Origin: a virus | Taxonomy: Duplodnaviria; Caudoviricetes | Virus record (IMG/VR): IMGVR_UViG_3300032212_000068 | Location: 1-38,725 of that record | Reading direction: 5' to 3' (one strand) | Length of the DNA: 38,725 nucleotides | In this document: positions 17,180-25,372 of the stretch, piece by piece | How positions within the stretch are numbered: position 1 is the first letter of the stretch | How the letters are laid out: every line of letters begins with the position of its first letter | Notes under the pieces: model-generated | Database searches by the model: none | What the model was told of the DNA's origin: nothing | What the model saw: the letters and a program-made list of their open reading frames with translations, nothing else | Program-made: the position numbers and the translations under genes

Positions 17180-17761
17180 ATGGCCAGTGAAGTCTCAATT
17201 TGTAATCAGGCGTTGAGTTGGCTAGGTGCTAACAGAATTACTAGTTTAAACGACGGCACCGTTAATGCTAACTTATGCAAAGATAATTACGACAGTCTTA
17301 GAGATGTTGTTTTAGAAGAAGCTAATTGGTCTTTTGCTACTCGTCGGGTTAAATTGAGTCCTCCACTGGCTGCTTTACCAGAGTATGGATACGGATATAA
17401 ATTTCAACTTCCATCCGATGTGTTGTTGGTAGTTGAAGCAAGTGATAATGCTTCATATAAAAACGGGTCTAATGATTTTGACTGGAGAAAGGAAGAAGAC
17501 TTTGTTATGGCTGATGCTGCCACTGTTTATTGTAAATGCATAGTCCAAATTATTGACCCGAGTAAATTTTCTAATTTATTTGTACAAGCTTTGGCTGCTC
17601 GTATTGCAGCAGAATTATCGCCTCCTATCACGGAGTCTAATTCAACAACCGAAAGAATGTGGGCGCTGTACGACAAAAAGATCAATATTGCTTCTAATAG
17701 AGATGCTTCTCAGGGCCGTTCGGACAGAATTAGAGCAAGGAATCTAACCCGAGTAAGATAA
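17180..17761 (+). CDS. Tail adaptor / tubular protein A (T7 gp11-like)
   Basis: SEVSICNQAL..LG...I.SL, WSFATRR, FQLPSD, F...LAARIA. Confidence 0.85.
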   Translation: MASEVSICNQALSWLGANRITSLNDGTVNANLCKDNYDSLRDVVLEEANWSFATRRVKLSPPLAALPEYGYGYKFQLPSDVLLVVEASDNASYKNGSNDFDWRKEEDFVMADAATVYCKCIVQIIDPSKFSNLFVQALAARIAAELSPPITESNSTTERMWALYDKKINIASNRDASQGRSDRIRARNLTRVR

Positions 17762-20100
17762 TGAAAACTTATCCTAATCAAACAAATTTCTCTCAAGGAG
17801 AACTTAGCCCTTTAATGGGAGGAAGAACAGACCTTGAGATATATGCAGCTGGCGTTGAAACCATGTTGAATATGTATGCTGATTCTCGTGGTCCATCTAT
17901 TAGTAGAGAGGGGATTAAACGCGTTTTAGAGCTTAGCGGCACTAATGCTAGAGTAGAAACTTTGCCTAGAACTTCTAGTACTTTTTTTACTATTATACTA
18001 TTGGACTTACAATTAATTTTAATAAGGAATATTTTTAATCCTGTTCAAGAAGTTTTTGTTTCTCCCTGGACGGAAGACCAAATCGATGATGTTCAAATTG
18101 TTCCGTTGCCTGATGGCAGTGATATTTATTTTTTGCATCCGAACGTTCAACCTTATAAACTAACCGATAACACTGCGGAAGGAAATTCTCAAGAATTTTT
18201 GTCTAGTGGTACTTTTAATGTCCCTTCAACGGGCGTTAATGATATTGCTTATTGTATGTGCGGAGGAGGAGGAAGCGGAGGCAATTCTAGTACTGCTAAT
18301 GGTTCCCCAGGCGGCGGTGGGGGTGGTGGTTCTGGCGTAGTAAAAGGGATTGTTTCTGTTGTTCCATCTGAAGTTTTAACTATAACTATTGGCGCAGGAG
18401 GCCCAGCAGTCACTACTGCTGCTGGTTCTGATGGAGGAGACACTACTTTAGTGGTTCCTAGTGTCGGGACTATTACTGCTGCTGGAGGAAAAACTGGTAG
18501 TATTGCCTTAGCAGGGAATGGCAGCGAAGGAGGAGGAAATGGAGGTGCTTCAGGAGGATTTAAAGGTGATTCTTGTTCTGCTGTGTGTGGTAGTGAATCT
18601 TTTTCAGGCGGAAGTGGCTCAGGCGGTATCGGAAACCCCGGCGGTGGCGGCGGTGCTGGCGGATACGGAGAAGGTGGTTCTGGTTTATCCGGATCAGCAG
18701 CTCCTAATTCTGGCGGGGGCGGAGCCGGGGCTAGAGGGCCAGATGATGAAGGAATGGGGCTTGATTCAGGCGGGGCCGGTGGGTCAGGCAGATGTGTTCT
18801 TACGTGGGAAATTTCTACAGGCGTTTTTATTTTAACTCCTGTTTCGTTTACTGCCCCCCCGGCCAACTGGACTGGAACTAATTGGCCTTCAGCAGGAACT
18901 TATTACCAAGGCAGATTATGGCTAGGAGGAGCCCCTGATCAAAAAGAAACTTTCTTGGGATCTAAATCTAATGATCCAGAAAATTTTACCATTGGAACTT
19001 TAGCTGACGATGCTTTGAATCATTCTATTGAGAGATTTGGTCAGATAGAGTGGATGGAATCTACTAAAAATTTGATAATTGGCACTGGGAATGCTGAGTA
19101 TATTGTTACTGCTGAATCCGGTTTAATAAAACCAGGAGACATTGAAGTTAATCAACAATCTGAGTATGGATCAGCGTCTATACAACCGGCTAAAATAGGT
19201 GATCAAGTAGTATATGTCAGTCCAGACGCCAGAAAGATAAGAGCAATTAATTATAATAGGGATAATGACAATTGGTTGTCTAAAGATTTAACCTTCCCTA
19301 GTGAGCACATAACTAAGGGACTAATTAAAGATTTAACTTGGTGTCAGAACCCAAACAACTTTTTATGGGCGACTCTAAAAGATGGTACTCTTTGTTGCAT
19401 GACTTATGAAAGGTCTTATGATATAATAGGGTTCCATAGGCATAGTACATACGGCAAAGTTTTGTCTACTACTTCTGGTTTTGACGGGATAAGAAACGTA
19501 TTGATATTAGCCACAGAAAGAACCGATGGAAATATTGAAATAGGATATTTTAATTTTGATTATAAATTAGATTCTTGGGCAGAATCATTTACAGTGACTG
19601 AATCAGGTGGACTATATTACGTAGAAGGATTTGATCATTTAGAAGGAATGACAGTTCAAATTTTAGCTGATGGTTCAGTTCACCCTGATAGGGTTGTAGG
19701 AGCTGAATCTTCCATAGGAGCGGGGGACGGGTCAACTGGTAGAATATATTTAACCAAGTCATTTAATAAAATAACAGCCGGATTACAATTTATATCTGAA
19801 TTAGAATTATTACCTGTTGATGGCGGTTCCCCAGCTGGCAGTGGGGTATCCCATATTAAACGAAGAAATGAAATAGGTATTAATTTGTTAGAGTCTGGTA
19901 TTCCACTTGTTAATGGCGACAGGGGAGACGATAGAAGTCCATCGACTCCAATGGGAACTCCTGAACCATTGGTAACTGGAATAAGAGAGTATACTGGATT
20001 AGGGTGGGACAAAAAAGCTACAGTGAGCATTAAACAAGACCTCCCATTACCCTTGAAAGTATTGTCTGTACACGGTAGCATAGCGAAGAATAAATTATGA
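17761..20100 (+). CDS. Tail nozzle / tubular protein B (T7 gp12 / P22 gp10-like) with inserted Gly-rich domain
   Basis: QTNFSQGELSP...GRTDL start, WPS...YQGRLW, GFDHLEG..V.ILADG, QDLPLPL end. Confidence 0.85.
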   Translation: MKTYPNQTNFSQGELSPLMGGRTDLEIYAAGVETMLNMYADSRGPSISREGIKRVLELSGTNARVETLPRTSSTFFTIILLDLQLILIRNIFNPVQEVFVSPWTEDQIDDVQIVPLPDGSDIYFLHPNVQPYKLTDNTAEGNSQEFLSSGTFNVPSTGVNDIAYCMCGGGGSGGNSSTANGSPGGGGGGGSGVVKGIVSVVPSEVLTITIGAGGPAVTTAAGSDGGDTTLVVPSVGTITAAGGKTGSIALAGNGSEGGGNGGASGGFKGDSCSAVCGSESFSGGSGSGGIGNPGGGGGAGGYGEGGSGLSGSAAPNSGGGGAGARGPDDEGMGLDSGGAGGSGRCVLTWEISTGVFILTPVSFTAPPANWTGTNWPSAGTYYQGRLWLGGAPDQKETFLGSKSNDPENFTIGTLADDALNHSIERFGQIEWMESTKNLIIGTGNAEYIVTAESGLIKPGDIEVNQQSEYGSASIQPAKIGDQVVYVSPDARKIRAINYNRDNDNWLSKDLTFPSEHITKGLIKDLTWCQNPNNFLWATLKDGTLCCMTYERSYDIIGFHRHSTYGKVLSTTSGFDGIRNVLILATERTDGNIEIGYFNFDYKLDSWAESFTVTESGGLYYVEGFDHLEGMTVQILADGSVHPDRVVGAESSIGAGDGSTGRIYLTKSFNKITAGLQFISELELLPVDGGSPAGSGVSHIKRRNEIGINLLESGIPLVNGDRGDDRSPSTPMGTPEPLVTGIREYTGLGWDKKATVSIKQDLPLPLKVLSVHGSIAKNKL

Positions 20101-20543
20101 AATTTGACATGGAACATTTAGACGATGAGTTAGCCGTAGAAATCTCTAATCTATTGAAACTTCAATGGGATGAAATAGGTAGAGATTTTGATTTGAATAT
20201 CAATTGGTCTTCTTATTTTAATTTTGAAAATATGGGCATATTGCGTATTTTCACTGTGAGAAAAGATAAAGAATTAATTGGGTATAGTTCGTATATTATA
20301 TCTCCTCATATGCATCACATGGAGATTTTAGTAGCTTCTCAAGATTCTATATTTATACTGCCTGAGCATAGAGCAGAGAATATAGCAGGAAAGTTTATTG
20401 ACTTTTTGGAAGATATATTAAAATGTGAAGGCGTTGATCATGTAACTATGGCAGTTAAGGATAAGCGTGATTATTCTGTTTTATTAACTAGACGTAATTA
20501 TGAGCCAGAAGAAACCGTCTATTTAAAAGTTTTAGGAGGTTAA
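20097..20543 (+). CDS. GNAT-fold acetyltransferase-like protein
   Basis: ELIGY, DSIFILPEHRAENIAG (motif A-like); gp13-like position. Confidence 0.75.
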   Translation: MKFDMEHLDDELAVEISNLLKLQWDEIGRDFDLNINWSSYFNFENMGILRIFTVRKDKELIGYSSYIISPHMHHMEILVASQDSIFILPEHRAENIAGKFIDFLEDILKCEGVDHVTMAVKDKRDYSVLLTRRNYEPEETVYLKVLGG

Positions 20544-20544
20544 A

Positions 20545-20925
20545 ATGGCATACGTAGTACTTGCAATAGCCGCTGCACAGCAATACAGTGCAGGTAAAAA
20601 AGCAGATGGAATCGCCGATGCCAATGCTAAAAGGGAAGAGGAAGAAGCTACTGAAGCGGCTCGTAAATTAAAACTCCAACAAGATAGAATACTTGGAGAA
20701 ACCAGAGCTAGATCTGCAGCTTCTGGCATCGATGCCGACTCAGGCACTGTTCAAGCTTATATGTCTGAGATGCAAAAGAATTTTTCAGATGAGTTAGACT
20801 GGATTAAAAAATCTGGTGCGTCCGCAGCTGATATCCGACGAAGAGAGGGAAGTTATCAACGACAAGCAGCCACGGCCAAGGCCTGGGGCACTTTAGCTAG
20901 TATTGATTACTCAGGGATGGGATAA
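20545..20925 (+). CDS. Internal virion (ejection) protein, gp14-like
   Basis: Ala-rich, RARSAASGI..SG motif; synteny. Confidence 0.7.
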   Translation: MAYVVLAIAAAQQYSAGKKADGIADANAKREEEEATEAARKLKLQQDRILGETRARSAASGIDADSGTVQAYMSEMQKNFSDELDWIKKSGASAADIRRREGSYQRQAATAKAWGTLASIDYSGMG

Positions 20926-22571
20926 TGAAATTACCTGGAATTGAATATAATACTCAAGTTCGATCTTTAGGGAGAGAAAGCGTATCTGCTCCTATAGCTG
21001 TTGCTAATGCTCAGGCTGCAGCTTTGGGTAATCTAGGGAAAACCATTGAAAAGATAGAAATGAATGACGTTGCTGCGGCTGCAGCTAAATTTCAAACAGA
21101 GATGGCCGATCTTAATGCTTCAGCCAAAAACCGTAAATCATACACTACTGAGGAGTTAGATAGTCTTGGTATTAAATACGATAACCGGTATGGAGCAGAT
21201 AAAATTTCTGAAGTACCCGCTTACCTTGTTAGTAGTAAAGTATACCAAAAGTTATCTTCTGAACTATATAATGTACATTCTGGGCTTACTACTAAAAAAG
21301 GACGCGATGTAATCGCTAAAATGTACGGCCAAATGTACAAAGAAGGAATTTCTGTGGTAGTGGCCAACTCAATGCGAGAGGCATTAAGCTCTCGCTCTAT
21401 AGCCGTGGAATCTAATTTTGATTCTGCCGTGGCTGCTGGCAACACTGAAGCAGCTAATATTATATCAGAAACCGCTCTAGCATCCGGTGTTTGGAGTAAC
21501 GAAAAGTATTATTCTAAAACAAAAGACATGCCAGATAAAATAGCCACTAGTCAATATTTAAATAACTTAAATAACATAGGCGACCCTAATACTTTACAAG
21601 TTTTTCTGAATTCAGCTCTAGCAGACACTAGATTAAAACCGTCTAGCAAAAACTCTATCTATAAGAACTATGATAGCAAAATAAAATCTCTAAACAAAGA
21701 AATGGAAAAAATGGAGAAAGAAGCTAGAAAACAAGAAAGTTATGATGAATTTGTTGTTACGTCTACTGATATCATAGAAAGTGGGGAACCCATGGAGTGG
21801 GGAGCTGTTAGCAATAAAGCATTGAACATGGAGCCTGCTGATGGAAAAGCTTTAATAACATTAAATAGAATGATGGCCACTAAAGGCATAGTAACTGATC
21901 CTAAAATACATATGAATCTTACTGCTATGGTTAGATCTTTATCTTTGCCTAGGGAAGGAACAACTGTCAATCAGCGGAGGGAAACGGCTGTCAATCAGTT
22001 ATTGTCCGCAGCGGGCATTAATCCATTCACTGGAGAACAAGTAAGCGTTAGTAAAATTTCTCCTGCAGATTTTTCTAAATTATGGGGAGATATTAACAAA
22101 TCACAGTCGTTTGCATATGACAATCCAGAAGTAAAAAGGATGTCAGACTTTATATGGTCCACCCTAACAGGGGGATCTAAGGACATGATGACTAGATTTT
22201 TTGGGGCGGGAGCTGATACTATAAATGCTACTAAAGCCGAATCAGACATGCTCAGAGCTGCCAGGGCTGGGGGTCCGGCATTTAATCCTGATCAATGGTG
22301 GGAACAAAATGGGTTAAAATATTTAACTGCTTCCATTGAAGAAAATGAACAAACCATGATAGAGAATCGTCTTGATAAATTTATCATAAGGGACTTTAAT
22401 TCTCCAGGCGGCATAGATATACAAAAAACAGCACAAAGTATAAATGACCGTATCAAAGCCGGTTCTATGACGCAAGAGGATGGCAATAAGGCTATGAAAG
22501 ATATCTACGAACTTCAACGCAAGAAAGTAGAAAGAATGCAAATGCTAAATAAACCTAAGAGCGAAAACTAA
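20925..22571 (+). CDS. Internal virion (ejection) protein, gp15-like
   Basis: MKLPG start, helical composition, synteny. Confidence 0.6.
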   Translation: MKLPGIEYNTQVRSLGRESVSAPIAVANAQAAALGNLGKTIEKIEMNDVAAAAAKFQTEMADLNASAKNRKSYTTEELDSLGIKYDNRYGADKISEVPAYLVSSKVYQKLSSELYNVHSGLTTKKGRDVIAKMYGQMYKEGISVVVANSMREALSSRSIAVESNFDSAVAAGNTEAANIISETALASGVWSNEKYYSKTKDMPDKIATSQYLNNLNNIGDPNTLQVFLNSALADTRLKPSSKNSIYKNYDSKIKSLNKEMEKMEKEARKQESYDEFVVTSTDIIESGEPMEWGAVSNKALNMEPADGKALITLNRMMATKGIVTDPKIHMNLTAMVRSLSLPREGTTVNQRRETAVNQLLSAAGINPFTGEQVSVSKISPADFSKLWGDINKSQSFAYDNPEVKRMSDFIWSTLTGGSKDMMTRFFGAGADTINATKAESDMLRAARAGGPAFNPDQWWEQNGLKYLTASIEENEQTMIENRLDKFIIRDFNSPGGIDIQKTAQSINDRIKAGSMTQEDGNKAMKDIYELQRKKVERMQMLNKPKSEN

Positions 22572-25372
22572 TGGACCTTACTGAGCAATTAGCTGAACAA
22601 AAAGCAAACCAAGACGTTGAAAATAGCGAAGGTGCATCTGCGCTTCAAGACATTCGAAATCAAGAAAAACTTGAAGAAGAAAAACGTCAAAATGGTAAAT
22701 TTCAATCTGCTTTTCAAGGCACAGATTTAAACAGTGCTGGCATTCCTCCTGAAGACTATGACTATGAAAAAGAATTCAATGATGGTAACTCTCTTAAACC
22801 AGATGAAAACGGGGGCATTGATTTAAGCAACAAGAACATAAAACCTGGAGTAGCTGAATTAGCTGGTTATGACTTTGTTACTGGTCAACGGTTTAAAAGC
22901 GAATATCCCGATGAAGAAGGTTATATTAAGGAGGGATTATCAGAACTTCAACAATCTAAACTTAATACTAAAACTGGAACTCCTCATGAGGACATGCTAT
23001 CTTTGACTAAAATCGCTAAAGGAATCGATGGCACGTATGACGATTTTTTGTTGGCTACTCCAGGTCCTTGGTCCGACCAGCAACGAGCCGTGGCCTGGGA
23101 CAGTAAAGTACAAGCAGAAAGAGTACTAGAAGATGTGAAAACTTTTGGTAAAAGGTACATGACACCTGAAGAAGGCGAAAAGACTGAAGTTCCTTATCGT
23201 AGCCAAGGGATAGAAGTAGATATAGACGAAACAGAATTAGTATCTAACCCTGTTTGGATAAGCTCAGGCAGAAAATTTGTTGACTATTTTAATCCAGGCA
23301 GTTCTGAAGGAATGTCTGATGAAGAAATTCATGACTTTAATTTGACTACTATGTCTCAATTCAATTGGAATCTTCCAATGATGATGTTTATGACGGATGA
23401 AATAGTCAACTCAGGTGATAAAGAACTAGCTCAAGCATTTTTATTTATGATGGACCAAAATGATGCCACCGATGTTTCAATGGCTTCTGTTGGACGAGGA
23501 ATAGGAGGAGCATTTGGAGATGTCACTACTTATCTCACTGTCGGCGGTGGAATAATTGTTAGCAGATTAACAGGCGCAGCCATAAAAAATCAAATCAAAA
23601 AAACGGTAGCTAAAGTACTAACCGTGACAGCAATGGAATCATCTATAGGGGCCACTATTGGAGCTATCGATGAAACTAGTCGTCAGACTGTCGAGGGAAC
23701 TGCGGGTGAAAGAGAAGAACTTGATACAGGAAAAGTCGGTAAGGCCGCTACCATAGCAGCAGGGGTTAATGTCGCAGCCGGTTTAATACCTGCAACTATA
23801 GCAGACCCAGCGCTTAGAAAATTTGGCGGTGACACTGTTAAGAAAGCTACTAAAGGACTAATTAACAATATGGCACCGTCTCCAAGTGGCATGGGTCTTA
23901 GTAAACAAACAGGAGCCATAACCCTAGGAGGGACTAGAAAGTTTACTCCTGCCACTGTTGAGTTCAAAAGCAAACTTATTGAAGAACTTGATAAAGGAAT
24001 CAAAGGCAAAAACATATCCACTAAGAAGCTTAAAAATAAGCTAACTTTATGGGTAAATGAGGGAAAAATCAAACAACAAGAAATTGACTGGTCCGGTCTT
24101 AATGCCATTAGCGCTGATAATGTGTCTATTGATGAGGTCAGGGCTATTGTGGACACTAACCGTCCAGTTCCATCCATCACTCCTGTAGCAGAAAATAGGT
24201 TTGATGATATGGTCCTATCTGCTGACACTAAAGGATATAGAGAATTAGTAATAAATATAGATAAAACTGGAACATATGAAGGTCCCCCTGGCCATTTTGG
24301 CGGGTCCGGTGCTACTAAAGAAGGGCAAGCTGCGGTTGGTCATCTTCGTATGTCTGATACTTCTCATGGCGGAACCAAGGGAACTATGTTGCTCGAAGGG
24401 CAAAGCGATATAAGAAAAGTCCCAAGAAATACAACATTTCCTAAATCTAATGTCGCTAAGTCGGTTAAAAAAGGACAAAAAAACAAAGCCATAAGTAATG
24501 CTCAAGCGGCTGTTTCTAAGTCTCAAAGTGAGTGGGAAAGTAACATAATTGAAATAGGTAATAAATATAACTTGAACCCTCAATCAAAGAATTATGAATT
24601 TCAAGTAATGAATATTGTTAATGAATCAGAAAGAGCTAAATTAGACAAATTATTAGCCAATGAAATGAAAGCTGTGGCTGATTTAGAAAAAGTTATTGAT
24701 TCTCATGCCGGTAACATGGGCAGTACTCCATTTACTCCGTTTCGCGACAATAAATCCAGTAATGAGTTGTTATTCCGTTCCGCTGTAATGGATGCAATGA
24801 ATAATGATTCAGGGTTCTTAGCTTGGCCTAAAAGTTATCATCAAGTTAATACTATTGAAAAATGGGGCGAGTTAAGCGGCGAAATGGGCAAAAGCACAAA
24901 AAGAATTGCTGAATTTTATGAAAAGGAGCTGCCTAAAATAGCCAAACGTCATGGGTTTAAGGTTGAGGAATTTGTGCCTGATGAATTTAAAGGGAAAACC
25001 CGATTACATGGCGAATACAATGGCGAAATAGGAACTGAAAAATTTTGGGATACTTTTGATTCATGGCTTTTAAAAAATAAGCTAGAATACATAGAAACAC
25101 TATCTGGACATGAGATTAAAAGTGGCAATAAAGTAATCCACACCTTTAAAGAAATTGATGATCTTATGTATTACGCGGCTAAAGAATTAGCCCCTAAAGA
25201 AGTTCCTTTCGAGGATAATGTGTTTTATCGCATTGTTTTCGACAGCGAAACCAAAACTAAATGGAAACAAGATGGCGCTGCGATGTACAGCTTCGGTGCT
25301 CCTATTGTTGCCGGGGTCGTGGCCACAGGAGCTAAAAAACAAGAAAGAGATAAGGACGGTAAATTCAAATGA
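22571..25372 (+). CDS. Large internal virion / polyvalent-type protein
   Basis: Central Gly/Ala hydrophobic helices; C-half with EIDWSGL, YREL, GHF, GHLR and LEGQSD motifs. Confidence 0.6.
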   Translation: MDLTEQLAEQKANQDVENSEGASALQDIRNQEKLEEEKRQNGKFQSAFQGTDLNSAGIPPEDYDYEKEFNDGNSLKPDENGGIDLSNKNIKPGVAELAGYDFVTGQRFKSEYPDEEGYIKEGLSELQQSKLNTKTGTPHEDMLSLTKIAKGIDGTYDDFLLATPGPWSDQQRAVAWDSKVQAERVLEDVKTFGKRYMTPEEGEKTEVPYRSQGIEVDIDETELVSNPVWISSGRKFVDYFNPGSSEGMSDEEIHDFNLTTMSQFNWNLPMMMFMTDEIVNSGDKELAQAFLFMMDQNDATDVSMASVGRGIGGAFGDVTTYLTVGGGIIVSRLTGAAIKNQIKKTVAKVLTVTAMESSIGATIGAIDETSRQTVEGTAGEREELDTGKVGKAATIAAGVNVAAGLIPATIADPALRKFGGDTVKKATKGLINNMAPSPSGMGLSKQTGAITLGGTRKFTPATVEFKSKLIEELDKGIKGKNISTKKLKNKLTLWVNEGKIKQQEIDWSGLNAISADNVSIDEVRAIVDTNRPVPSITPVAENRFDDMVLSADTKGYRELVINIDKTGTYEGPPGHFGGSGATKEGQAAVGHLRMSDTSHGGTKGTMLLEGQSDIRKVPRNTTFPKSNVAKSVKKGQKNKAISNAQAAVSKSQSEWESNIIEIGNKYNLNPQSKNYEFQVMNIVNESERAKLDKLLANEMKAVADLEKVIDSHAGNMGSTPFTPFRDNKSSNELLFRSAVMDAMNNDSGFLAWPKSYHQVNTIEKWGELSGEMGKSTKRIAEFYEKELPKIAKRHGFKVEEFVPDEFKGKTRLHGEYNGEIGTEKFWDTFDSWLLKNKLEYIETLSGHEIKSGNKVIHTFKEIDDLMYYAAKELAPKEVPFEDNVFYRIVFDSETKTKWKQDGAAMYSFGAPIVAGVVATGAKKQERDKDGKFK

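Noticed and set aside
18249-18866. 205-aa Pro-rich minus-strand ORF
   Set aside because: Antisense shadow of Gly codons in the nozzle insertion
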